A stretch of DNA of 64,000 nucleotides from Macrostomum lignano. Taxonomy: Eukaryota. The notes beneath the pieces were generated by a model. That model worked only from the letters and a program-made list of their open reading frames with translations, was not told the origin of the DNA and ran no database searches. How positions within the stretch are numbered: position 1 is the first letter of the stretch; the number at the start of each line of letters is the position of its first letter. The stretch covers positions 453,950 through 517,949 of the forward strand of contig NIVC01000102.1 of assembly GCA_002269645.1 (NCBI GenBank). Reading direction: 5' to 3'. Made by a program: the position numbers and the translations under genes. Positions 27,505 through 39,449 of this stretch are shown piece after piece.

Positions 27505-29475
27505 CATACATGCGCAACTTCTGAAATTACGCTGGCCGTGCGACTTAGTTTTCGATAAAAAATGCGACTTACCTATGAAAGAGCCAAGCAAAAACTTTAG
27601 GTAAACGGCAGGAGTAACTATGACCATATTTTTAAAGCTAAATGCCTCGCCAGCTAATTAGTGCTGCGTGCAGATTTCGCGTTTTTATAACAGCTAATCA
27701 GTGTCATCTAGTGGCGGCATGAAGCAATTAGTAAATTGTCAGTACAGTGTAGTGAGCATACTACAAAAGTCATGATTCATGAATGTCCAGAAGTAAGTGA
27801 AGTGAATACAGTGTGACCTATAGCTCAAGAACGATTTGCTAGACGATTTGGCATGGAAGATGAGAGCCCTGATTCAGATGGCTCATCAGATGCAGAATAC
27901 GAATCCAGTAGAGATACAAGCTGTGAAAACCCACAGATTTTTAAACCACTGAATTCTAATTCCCGGAACTATTTTTGCATAGATTCTAAATTTGAAGTCA
28001 TGCTCAAACAAAAACTTGTTAACAGTTAGGAAAAAGGCAAAGATGGGAGTAAATGCATGTTAAACTAAGATTTGAGGCCTTTGCAAATTCTCTCCATTCC
28101 TCAATCTTCTCATCCTCTTTTTCTTTTCTCTCTCATCCCTTATCCCTTCTCTCTTTCCTCTCCTCTCTCCTCTCTTTCCTCTCCTCTCCTATCTCTTCTG
28201 TCTCCTCTCTACATTCTTATCTCTCCTCTCGTCTCTCTCCATTCCACTCTACTCTCTCATCTTATCTCTCCTCTCTTTTCTACTCTCTCATCTCTCCTCT
28301 CTTCACTCTCCTCTCATCTCCTCTTTATCCTCTCTTCTCTCATCTACTCTCTCCTCTTTCCTCTTTCCTCTCTTCTGATCTCATCCATCATCTTTTCTTT
28401 CCTCTTTCCTCTCATCTCCTCTTCTCTCTCATCTCTTTTTCCTCCCTCAGCTTTTCTCTCCTTTTCTATCTTTTCTCCCATCGCATCGCTCGCCTCTCCT
28501 CTGTTTGCTTATCTCTAATCTTCTATTCCCTCTACTTTGAAGTAAGAAAATATGCACATATTTTTGCTGAAGATAAGAGGAGAGAAGAGGGCATTGAGGA
28601 GAAAGGGTAGAGAGAAAGGGGGAGAAGAGAGGAGAGTAAAAATGAGAGGAGAGAGAAGAGGGAAAAGGGGGAGAGAGAGAAGAGGGGAGGCAAGGTAGAG
28701 AAGAAGAGAGAGATGAGAGTTGAAGAGACACCAACCTTGCTACTCGTAGTTAGGAAGTTTCAAAGAACCCGAGGGGCGAGGGCCAGATAGAGGGGCTTCG
28801 CGAGCCGGAGTTTGCCGACCCCTGCTCCAGAGTTTAAGAAATCAATGGGAAACTGTTGACGCGGGCTTCTGATTTCAAAGATCTTGTCTGTTGTTGAAGG
28901 CTTCTATTCTGTTTTTGCTCTCCTGCCACACTTGCACCTACTATCCCCTGATTGCCTCTGATTGTGACTTACTTCCCTCTTATTGCGACTTAGTTGCTTC
29001 TTTTTGCGACTTACCTAATCCTTTTTGCGACTTACCTAATCCTTTTGCGACTTACCTAATCCTTTTTCAACTTACCTAACCCTTTTGCGACTTACCTAAT
29101 CCTTTTTGCGACTTACCTAACCCTTTTGCGACTTACCTAATCCTTTTAGGGACTTACCTAATCCTTTTTGGGACTTACCTAATCCTTTTTGCGACTTACC
29201 TAACCCTTTTGCGACTTACCTAATCCTTTTTGCGACTTACCTAACCCTTTTGCGACTTACCTGATCCTTTTTACAACTTAGTTTGCTTCTTTTGCGAATT
29301 GTTTTTCTTTTGCTTCACGATTTTCCCTGACTGCTCTTTCTTTCGCTTTCCTCTTGCCTTTCTTGGTTCTTGTGTTTTTCTGTTTTTGGTTGACTCAATT
29401 TTGCGACTTACCCCTGGTCAGCCACGATTTACGGTGGCCGAATCGGCCAGGTCGGCCAGCAGTTGCGCATGTATG
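27505..29475. mobile_element. Non-autonomous DNA transposon (hAT- or P-like), element A
   Basis: 15-bp TIR CATACATGCGCAACT; perfect 8-bp TSD GGCTACTT (27497-27504, 29476-29483); subterminal TGCGACTTA motifs; no transposase ORF. Confidence 0.88.
28983..29285. repeat. Subterminal 20/21-bp array TTTTGCGACTTACCTAATCC(T) of element A
   Basis: Read directly. Confidence 0.9.
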
Positions 29476-30980
29476 GGCTACTTAGCATTAGCAACGAGTA
29501 CACCATTTTACCTCCTATTTTGAACATTTTTTCTTGCATTTTTTCTATGGTACTTACTGGCTTCATTGTCCCTAATAATGTACTAACTTTTTTTAATATT
29601 TAAAAAAATGGATTAAAGAAACTGTTTTTGTCCAATTTGGAGCTGCTTAGCTCCAATTTTGTACTAATCAGTTGTGAAAAAATTGTGCCATAATGACGAA
29701 CAATTTGCGCCATTGCTATAAAATTTGCGTATTTGCACCTTATTTGTGCCAGGTGCAAATTTGCGCCTCACTGGGACCACTGATTTTGGCTTAGCTTACG
29801 CTTCAAAAGCGCTACTACATTTTGCTCAAAATTGCTAAAAATTGAAATTTGCTAAATTTTCAGCAACTAATTTTCTTTTAAATCTTTTAGGGTTCTCAGT
29901 CTTTTTCTTTTAAACAATCTTGTTTTACTGATTTAAATTTTTAAATCCTTTTTAATTTACATAATGTAATAGTATTTAGAATTTATAATTAAGTCATGTA
30001 TACTATATTGATATTGTTATACTGATACTGATAGGGATAGAAATAAAATAAATTGATAGTCAGTCATACTCATAGTCAAAGTCATAGGACTTATAAATAG
30101 ATCATAGACTGATGCTGATGCCTGATGACTAATGAGTGATGAGTTTAACTTTTCTTTTTTGTTTTTCTTACTTGTCTCATTTTCTGCTGCTGTTGTTCTT
30201 GCTGTTTGTTTTTGTCTGAATATTTATTTTATCTCCTAAATAAATCTATAAATTTTTATTTTAATTTTTAATTTATTTAAATTTGTTTCAATTGGGAATG
30301 TCATAAATTTACAATATAATTCTGTAAATCAGTAATTCAATCAATTCCAATAGTAGAATTTATTAAATAGTCACATCAATTACCATCACTGAATGCCAAC
30401 TGGCAATGGTGACCGACTTGGCGACTGGCAGTGGCAACTTACTAAGTAAAGTTGGGCCTACTAAACTTACTATAGTACTACTACTATCTGTTGTGTTAGT
30501 GTTACTGTACCAGTTACCTTACCTTATCCTTTGACTTTGCGCAGTATAAGTACAACAATTTATAAATACTTATAGCCATTATATAGCCAGCCTACATTTA
30601 GATTTAAAGGAAAAAACGACAAACTAAACTATTAACAACTTTTGATCAGAAAAATCCCAATTTCTAAAAACTGTGAATCTTGGGAATGAGAATTAGGCTA
30701 GGCCTAGTGATATAAATGCTAGCACAATTACTTAGAAGTAGGCCTAATTGAGTAGCAGACTCTAGGCAGAAAAAAAGTACTCTGATAACTAGGATTAGGA
30801 ATTTTTAGGATTAGAAATATAATAAATACAGAACAGTCGGCCCCAAACAAGCTTGGCTTAAGCCTAGTGGTGATAATTATATAATATAGTAATAATCTCA
30901 TTAAGCCTATATCTACATTATACACAGTTGATGATGGATATTGACGGTCTTTAGCTCTGCTGACGATGAACATTCAGTGG

Positions 30981-31067
30981 ATTGCACAGATCGTTTCATT
31001 TCAGTGAAAAAAATTGTCTATACAGTATAGACAATTTTTTTCACTGAAATGAAACGATCTGTGCAAT
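30981..31067. repeat. Perfect 87-bp palindrome (43-bp arms, 1-nt centre at 31024)
   Basis: ATTGCACAGATCG..GTCTATAC A GTATAGAC..CGATCTGTGCAAT. Confidence 0.93.
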
Positions 31068-31272
31068 ATAATAAACTTGTATACTGTGTATACTTTTAAA
31101 TTAGGCGCTGCGTTTCTTAGAACTCATTACTGAAACAAATAAATTTTAACTAAATAATTAGAGGCCGTACTACTAGGACATTCGAAATCAAAAACTGTAT
31201 TAAAAAATTAGAGATTGCGTAGCTAACATAGTGCTTTAGTGAGAACAGTATACAAATTTGATGTACCTGGTG

Positions 31273-33113
31273 CACCCGTGTTTGCTTAAAACTAACGAAA
31301 ACAGCACGATTTAAGTTTTTTCTTTACGGTATGACAGCATGCTGGTTGCTGTCTCAGCTTGCTGGTTAATCGAAAAGTGATTGTTACAATATCAACAAAG
31401 CTAGTTAACTTTTTAGCGCCAATAAATGCATTCATGTTTTAGTAGCTTGTTGCAGGACTCTCTTTCTGCTGTGGGTTTCTTGTTAGTTAGTTTTAGACAT
31501 GCATCATGACGGTAGGCCTAGGCCCTTGCAGCTTAAATTTAAATGCTTTCTACTCGCTGAAGGCACGTGGTGCGTGCTGCTGGCCGGCAACTAGGAAACT
31601 AGGGTCTAAAATCCATGTAGTTCTAAAACTGAGCTGGGGTGAAGGCTGTGTGGCTAAGCCTACACATGACATGCCTAAACTAGGCTTACTACTATAAGGC
31701 ATTGAATTAGACCTAGGTTGTGCTGTACCTGTAGCTTAGTAGAGATTTTTTAATAAAATAATTGGTTCTAATTCTAAATTCTAATACTATGGTATTAAAC
31801 AAACTAACAAGTCTGGTTTATTTAAGTCAAGTTAATTGTGTTGTTTAAAAGGTAATCTAGCCACTTGGTATAGGCCTACTCCTACTCCTAGGCCTAGGCC
31901 AGCCCCAGTGGGCCTAGCCAGGTAGAAGTTTAGTAGTAGGTAGGCGGTAGGCCTAGTAGTTGAGTGAGTTGAGTTGAGTAGAAAAAAGTAGGGCCTAAGC
32001 CTTTGCTTCCCATATAGTCATATGCAAAAAATATCAGTTTTTATTCTAGAGAGTAAGAGAGACTAAGACTAAGAGTGAGTGCAATTCTAGGTTTAGACCT
32101 AATTAGAAAAAATAACCAGATATTGCTATAAAGTAGGCTATAATGCTAATATTGTATTGGCCATTTAAAAAATATTTGACTTTGAAAAAGTTCTTGGCTA
32201 TAAAGTAGTGTATATTTCATTGCTATATTATAATATTAAATAGGCCGGCTTCCAGACAGTCCGGCAACACAGCCATGTCCCACTCATGAGGCCATTCTAT
32301 CCTCGGAAAACACGGCCTGCAGCCTAGCAATGAATGTAGTGGTGTAGTGCTGCATGTATTTCTAGCTTTATTTTATGTTGTATTGAAAACATTTGTGCAC
32401 ATATGCACAAAAAAGTTCTTTCATTGAAATGGTTATACCCTTTTACATTTTACATATATATTGGCAATGCCAATGGCTTCATTTAATTTAAGCAGTTCTA
32501 TACACCTAAAAATATGGGCCCTAAAATTTATGCTTTTTCTTCAGTTAGTGTTATGGTATATAAAAGGCGCATATATCCAAGACCTATCTATATAATATAA
32601 TGGTATTTCTATATATAAATAGTAATGTTAATTGCTAAATAAAAAATAGAGCTTGACTAGTAAACCATTTGCTAGTATATGACTGGGTTATTATTTTTTA
32701 TTAACAGAGCCAGATTTGTCTATATTGTTGATATATTTCTAGCCAAAGCATTATAGTATTAGTTGCCTATATTAGCTATTAGCTATGCCTTGCCTAGATA
32801 TAGTATAGGGCCTTAATTCTATCTAGCCTAGGATAGAACTCTATAGCTTTAAGGACTTAATTTTAATGTAGACCTATTACGTTTTTAATCCATTTTACAC
32901 AAAATTGACTATTTGATTTGATATCAAACCTATTTAATTTAAGCCCTAGGCCTAGCCAAAATAAATCATTGCTAAATAGAATTAAAATTTAAAATTAAAT
33001 ATACTAGGCCTAGCCTACCAAAATTTATATATATCAAGTTATATAATATATATAGTGCTAGGCCTAGGGCTAAAGAAAAGTTGAACCCTAATAATACTAT
33101 TAATTATACTAAT
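31273..33113 (+). repeat. Left arm of a 1841-bp inverted repeat
   Basis: Mirror of 37197..39037; coordinate sum is 70310 at both ends and at the duplicated 63-aa ORFs; only isolated mismatches seen in spot checks. Confidence 0.95.
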
Positions 33114-33840
33114 CATACATGCGCAACAGTCGGCCGAGTCGGCCGATCCGGCCGACCGATTTGGCGGCCAACCAAGTAAGTCGCAAAATTGATTAACCGC
33201 CAAAAAAAAACGAAAAAACAAAAGACGAAAAAGGGGAAAGGAAAAGGAAAAAATGAGAAAAAGGGAGCAAAGAGAAAGAGAAAAACACAAAAAGAGTTGT
33301 AAGTGCTGTAAGTTGCAGCACTGAAGACAAGGTAAGTCGCACCGAGGGCAAGCTAAGTCGCACCGAGGGCAAGCTAAGTCGCAGCAGGACCGAGCTAAGT
33401 CGCATCGAGGGCGAACTAAGTCGCACCGAGCGAGAGCTAAGTCGCACTGAGGGCGAGCTAAGTCGCACCGAGGGCAAAATAAGTCGCACCGAGCGAGAGC
33501 TAAGTCGCACTAAGTCGCAGCAGGACCGAGCTAAGTCGCACCGAGGGCGAGCTAAGTTGCAGCAGGACCGAGCTAAGTCGCACCGAGGGCGAACTAAGTC
33601 GCACCGAGCGAGAGCTAAGTCGCACTAAGTCGCAGCAGGACCAAGCTAAGTCGCACCGAGGGCGAGCTAAGTTGCAGCAGGACCGAGCTAAGTCGCACCG
33701 AGGGCGAACTAAGTCGCACCGAGCGAGAGCTAAGTCGCACTGAGGGCGAGCTAAGTCGCAGCAGGACCGAGCTAAGTCGCACCGAGGGCGAACTAAGTCG
33801 CACCGAGCGAGAGCTAAGTCGCACTAAGTCGCAGCAGGAC
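33114..33840. mobile_element. One end of a second member of the element-A family (element B) with a 21-bp GCTAAGTCGCA array
   Basis: Begins CATACATGCGCAAC; same architecture as the right end of element A (GGCCGA motifs, GTAAGTCGCAAAATTGA, A-rich tract, array); no partner end found. Confidence 0.8.
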
Positions 33841-34254
33841 TGTCTAGCCACCAGGCTGTCTAGCATGCGCTGGGCTCCCTCAGCCGTAGAGGCAAACAGC
33901 TCCTGGGTTACGCCGACTCCAGATGGCGGCTGTTTGTTTGCAGCCACAGTAGGAAGCCGTCCTCATCTGTTGGCAGGGCCCTCCGTAGCACCCCATCGAG
34001 CACCAAAACGAAAAGGTAGGCCGCAAGTGTGTCGCTCTGCAGCACCCTGAGGTCGTGTTGAACAGGTTGGACAGTACGTCAGGTGCCATTACGGCGGCGG
34101 TAGAGAGTTATGGTTGCTGCGACCAGTCGCTACGGCACGTAGAATGACCACAAGACCGATGCGAGGATATTCTGAAGAGAGGAAGGAGATAAATTCTTCT
34201 TCACTTCTTCTGAAAAGAATAGTTAAAGTTTAATTAGCAGAGCTACGAGGTGAG

Positions 34255-34640
34255 GCTGGAAAGAAGAAAAGGGTGGGGTCTGAAGGGGAGAAGAGGCTGG
34301 GGTCTAAAGGGGAGAAGAGGGTTTGAAGGGGAAGAGAGGGTGGGATCTGTAGGGGAGGAGAGGGTGGAATCTGAAGGGGAGGAGAGGGTGGAATCTGAAG
34401 GGGAGGAGAGGGTGGGTACTGAATGGAGGAGAGGGTCAGGTCTGAAGGGGAGAAGAGGCTGGGGTCTAAAGGGGAGAAGAGGGTTTGAAGGGGAAGAGAG
34501 GGTGGGATCTGTAGGGGAGGAGAGGGTGGAATCTGAAGGGGAGGAGAGGGTGGAATCTGAAGGGGAGGAGAGGGTGGGTACTGAATGGAGGAGAGGGTCA
34601 GGTCTGAAGGGGAGGAAAGGGCTGGGTCTGAAGGGGAGAA
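34255..34640. repeat. Purine-rich minisatellite (about 24-bp GAGAGGGTGGAATCTGAAGGGGAG) with a higher-order duplication
   Basis: Read directly. Confidence 0.8.
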
Positions 34641-35899
34641 AAAGGAGCAAAGCAAAGAGGAATAGCAAGGAGAATGGGGGACAAGGAGAATGGAGAAGGG
34701 AAATAGCAACAAGGATAGAGGAGGAAGGGAATGAAAAGGATAGAGGAGGAGGGGAAGTTCAGCAGGGAATATAAAAGAAAAAAACAGGAATAGAAGGAAG
34801 GTAAGAGAATAGCAAGGATGGGTAAGGAGAAGAATATCAAGGCTAGGGGAGAATAGCAAAGGGAAAAAGGGAGAGTGAAAGACCTTAAGCAAACTGACTT
34901 CAACTACTCAGAAGCTTCTAAAAGGAATATTTGAGCAACTATTAGCATATAAGGTAGGGCAGTTTAGCACAACTTGCCTAGTACGAGCTCGTAGATAGGT
35001 ATATTAGGACTAACTAGCCTTGTAGGGTACAGAGTTGTTTAGCAACTACTAGTCAGGTAGATAGAGTGGATTTGTACCTAGAAGACTAGCAGGTTGACCC
35101 GCGAAGCCTAACAGACTATAAAGTAGATTAGCACCTATAAGTCTAGACGGTAGAATGATAGGTCTTATATTTACTAGCCTAGTAGGTAGGATAGGCTACT
35201 AACCTAGTATAGTAGATAGAATCTAATCTAGGTTCATTATCCTGTTATTCCTCCTGTTATAGGAGGGTAGGAGCTGATGGCGGAGGCTAGGAGGGTAAGA
35301 GTTGGTAGAGGAGGGTAGGAGCTGGTAGAAGAGAGAAGGGAAAGTGTCGAAGGGTAGAGCAGGGCAGGGGAGAGTAGAAGGTAGGAGGGTAGGAAATGGT
35401 AGAAGGGCAGAGAAGGGTAGGAGCTGGTAGAGGAGAGTAGGGGGTGAGGCTGGTAACGGAGGTTAAGGCAATAGACAAGGGTATAGCTGCAGAGGAGGGG
35501 AGGAGCTGGTAGAAGAGGGTAGAGAAGGGGTAGAGGGTAGAGAAGGATAGAGGTGTGTAGGATAGTAGAGGAGAGTAGGAGGATAAAGGGTAGAGAAGAG
35601 TAAGGAGAGGATAGAAGAGTAGAGGAGGGTAGGGGGCTGTCTGGGAGGGTTTGCCTGGGAAAGCTGCCTTGAAAGGTTTGCCTGGGGGCTGCCTAGGAAA
35701 GATAGCCTAGAAGGACTGCCTGGGAGGAATTAATGATTAAAGCAACAAAAAATCATTCATAAAAATACAAACAGCACATGTGGAGTGCACGGGGTGTAGG
35801 GAGTGCAGGGGTGCAGGAGTCAAAGAAGTAGAATTCTGCTGGGGTTAGGGCTAGGATAGTGAAAGGGCCAGTTCTGGGGTCTAGGGCCAAGACTGGGAT

Positions 35900-36778
35900 G
35901 GGGTAGGGCTGGCGCTGAGATGGGGTAGGGCTGGCACTGGGGTGGGGTAGGGCTGGGGTGGGGTAGGGCTGGGGTAGGGCTGGGGTGGGGTAGGGCTGGG
36001 GCTGGAGTGGGGTAGGGCTGGCGCTAGGGTGGGGTAGGGCTGGCGATGGGGTGGGGTAGGGCTGACGCTGGGGTGGGGTAGGGCTTGGGTGGGGTAGGGC
36101 TGGGGCTAGGGCTAGGGCAAGGGCAGGGGCTGGGGCTAGGGCTAGGGCAAGGGCTGGGGCTGGGGCTAGGGCAAATGCAGGGGCAGGGGCAGGGGCAGGG
36201 GCAGGGGCAAGGGCTTAGGCTAAGGCTAAGGCTAGGGCTTGGGCTAGGGCTAGGGCTTGGGCTTGGGCTAAGGCTAGGGCTAGGGCTAAGGCTAGGGCAA
36301 GGGCTGGGGCTAGGGCTAGGGCAGGGGCTAGGGCAGGGGCAAGGGCTAGGGCTAGGGCTTGGGCTTGGGCTTGGGCTAAGGCTAGGGCAAGGGCTTGGGC
36401 TAAGGCTAGGGCAAAGGCTGGGGCTGGGGCTAAGGCTGGGGCTTGGGCTTAGGCTAAGGCTAGGGCAAGGGCAAAGGCTGGGGCTGGGGCTAGGGCTGGG
36501 GCTAGGGCAAGGGCTAGGGCTGGGGCAGGATAGTGATAGGGCCAGAGCTGGGGCAGGGATAACAAGCACTAAGGCTAAGGCCAGGGCTAGGGGAGGAACT
36601 AGGGCTAGGGCTAAGGTTAGGGCTAGATTAGGGGCTGGGATAGAGTGGGATAGGGCTGGGACTGGGCTAGTGCTTGAGCTTAAGCTAGAGCTGGCTGCTA
36701 GGGCTGTGGTGTGGCTAGAGCTTGAGCTGGGGCTTGATCTCAAGCTAGGGCTAAGCTGGGGCTAGGGCTAGGGCTAAG
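35900..36778. repeat. Degenerate G-rich hexamer array (CTGGGG/CTAGGG/CTAAGG/CAGGGG/CAAGGG/CTTGGG)
   Basis: Read directly; no CpG seen from about 36070 to 36778 despite high GC. Confidence 0.9.
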
Positions 36779-37196
36779 AGAATGAAGCCACAAATAAATG
36801 TAAAGCTATAAACAAGGGTAGAACCTAGTAGAAGAGGATAGAGATAGGTTGAAGAGGATAGGATCAAAAGGTAAGGGGAGGGTAAAAAGGGTAGAAAAGA
36901 GTATAAGGATAGAAGATAGAGAATAAGAAAAGAGGATATAGAAAGATGAAAAAAGGGTTTACACCCAACCCAAGCATGCTAACTAAACATATTTTAATCC
37001 AATAAAAAGGCTAAATTCATGCTTTTATCTTTAGCCTAGGCTAAAGCTTAGGTAGGCTTAGCTATTTTGAATCAAATATAGACCTAATTAGAATATATTA
37101 ATCCAAACCAAATATACTAAATCTCTAATATTTGCTTGTATGCTTAATTATTTATATTAGGCCTAGTAGGCAGGCTTCAAGTTTACTCACTAATTC

Positions 37197-39037
37197 ATTA
37201 GTATAATTAATAGTATTATTAGGGTTCAACTTTTCTTTAGCCCTAGGCCTAGCACTATATATATTATATAACTTGATATATATAAATTTTGGTAGGCTAG
37301 GCCTAGTATATTTAATTTTAAATTTTAATTCTATTTAGCAATGATTTATTTTGGCTAGGCCTAGGGCTTAAATTAAATAGGTTTGATATCAAATCAAATA
37401 GTCAATTTTGTGTAAAATGGATTAAAAACTTAATAGGTCTACATTAAAATTAAGTCCTTAAAGCTATAGAGTTCTATCCTAGGCTAGATAGAATTAAGGC
37501 CCTATACTATATCTAGGCAAGGCATAGCTAATAGCTAATATAGGCAACTAATACTATAATGCTTTGGCTAGAAATATATCAACAATATAGACAAATCTGG
37601 CTCTGTTAATAAAAAATAATAACCCAGTCATATACTAGCAAATGGTTTACTAGTCAAGCTCTATTTTTTATTTAGCAATTAACATTACTATTTATATATA
37701 GAAATACCATTATATTATATAGATAGGTCTTGGATATATGCGCCTTTTATATACCATAACACTAACTGAAGAAAAAGCATAAATTTTAGGGCCCATATTT
37801 TTAGGTGTATAGAACTGCTTAAATTAAATGAAGCCATTGGCATTGCCAATATATATGTAAAATGTAAAAGGGTATAACCATTTCAATGAAAGAACTTTTT
37901 TGTGCATATGTGCACAAATGTTTTCAATACAACATAAAATAAAGCTAGAAATACATGCAGCACTACACCACTACATTCATTGCTAGGCTGCAGGCCGTGT
38001 TTTCCGAGGATAGAATGGCCTCATGAGTGGGACATGGCTGTGTTGCCGGACTGTCTGGAAGCCGGCCTATTTAATATTATAATATAGCAATGAAATATAC
38101 ACTACTTTATAGCCAAGAACTTTTTCAAAGTCAAATATTTTTTAAATGGCCAATACAATATTAGCATTATAGCCTACTTTATAGCAATATCTGGTTATTT
38201 TTTCTAATTAGGTCTAAACCTAGAATTGCACTCACTCTTAGTCTTAGTCTCTCTTACTCTCTAGAATAAAAACTGATATTTTTTGCATATGACTATATGG
38301 GAAGCAAAGGCTTAGGCCCTACTTTTTTCTACTCAACTCAACTCACTCAACTACTAGGCCTACCGCCTACCTACTACTAAACTTCTACCTGGCTAGGCCC
38401 ACTGGGGCTGGCCTAGGCCTAGGAGTAGGAGTAGGCCTATACCAAGTGGCTAGATTACCTTTTAAACAACACAATTAACTTGACTTAAATAAACCAGACT
38501 TGTTAGTTTGTTTAATACCATAGTATTAGAATTTAGAATTAGAACCAATTATTTTATTAAAAAATCTCTACTAAGCTACAGGTACAGCACAACCTAGGTC
38601 TAATTCAATGCCTTATAGTAGTAAGCCTAGTTTAGGCATGTCATGTGTAGGCTTAGCCACACAGCCTTCACCCCAGCTCAGTTTTAGAACTACATGGATT
38701 TTAGACCCTAGTTTCCTAGTTGCCGGCCAGCAGCACGCACCACGTGCCTTCAGCGAGTAGAAAGCATTTAAATTTAAGCTGCAAGGGCCTAGGCCTACCG
38801 TCATGATGCATGTCTAAAACTAACTAACAAGAAACCCACAGCAGAAAGAGAGTCCTGCAACAAGCTACTAAAACATGAATGCATTTATTGGCGCTAAAAA
38901 GTTAACTAGCTTTGTTGATATTGTAACAATCATTTTTCGATTAACCAGCAAGCTGAGACAGCAACCAGCATGCTGTCATACCGTAAACAAAAAACTTAAA
39001 TCGTGCTGTTTTCGTTAGTTTTAAGCAAACACGGGTG
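37197..39037 (-). repeat. Right arm of the 1841-bp inverted repeat
   Basis: Reverse complement of 31273..33113; outer ends CACCCGTG / CACGGGTG. Confidence 0.95.
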
Positions 39038-39449
39038 TGTACCTGCATTTTGACCATTCTGAATTTTGCCATTTTGGGTAGACTTTAAAACCTGCTATCA
39101 AACATGATTTTAAAATTTACGTATTTTTTTCGGCATTTAACCACGATGACAAGATTATAGTATAGGGATGTAAATAAATGATGTCTTCTAAACAAAGGGT
39201 ATACGCGAATATTGTCATATTGCATATAATAGTTTTCAGAGTTGGACATCAGGAAAAAACCTCCGGCTGTAACAGCTAGTAGGACGTCGCCACCGCGGGG
39301 ATCCAAATCAATAATGATTATTTAAAACAATCATTTTAGACTGAGGCTGTATTTTGAGTGGCGCCTACAAAAATGCATCTTAATGCATCGCCCCTAATCA
39401 ACTAAATACTCTGCTCTAATTAATTAAGCCAGATTTGCAACCGACAGCT

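Noticed and set aside
31506-31697. Identical 63-aa ORFs at 31506 (+) and 38613 (-)
   Set aside because: A by-product of the inverted repeat with no domain features; used only as a symmetry marker.
36085-36778. Interstitial telomeric array
   Set aside because: Units are GGGCTA/GGGCAA/GGGCTG rather than TTAGGG, and the local mutation direction (C>T) would not create them from TTAGGG.
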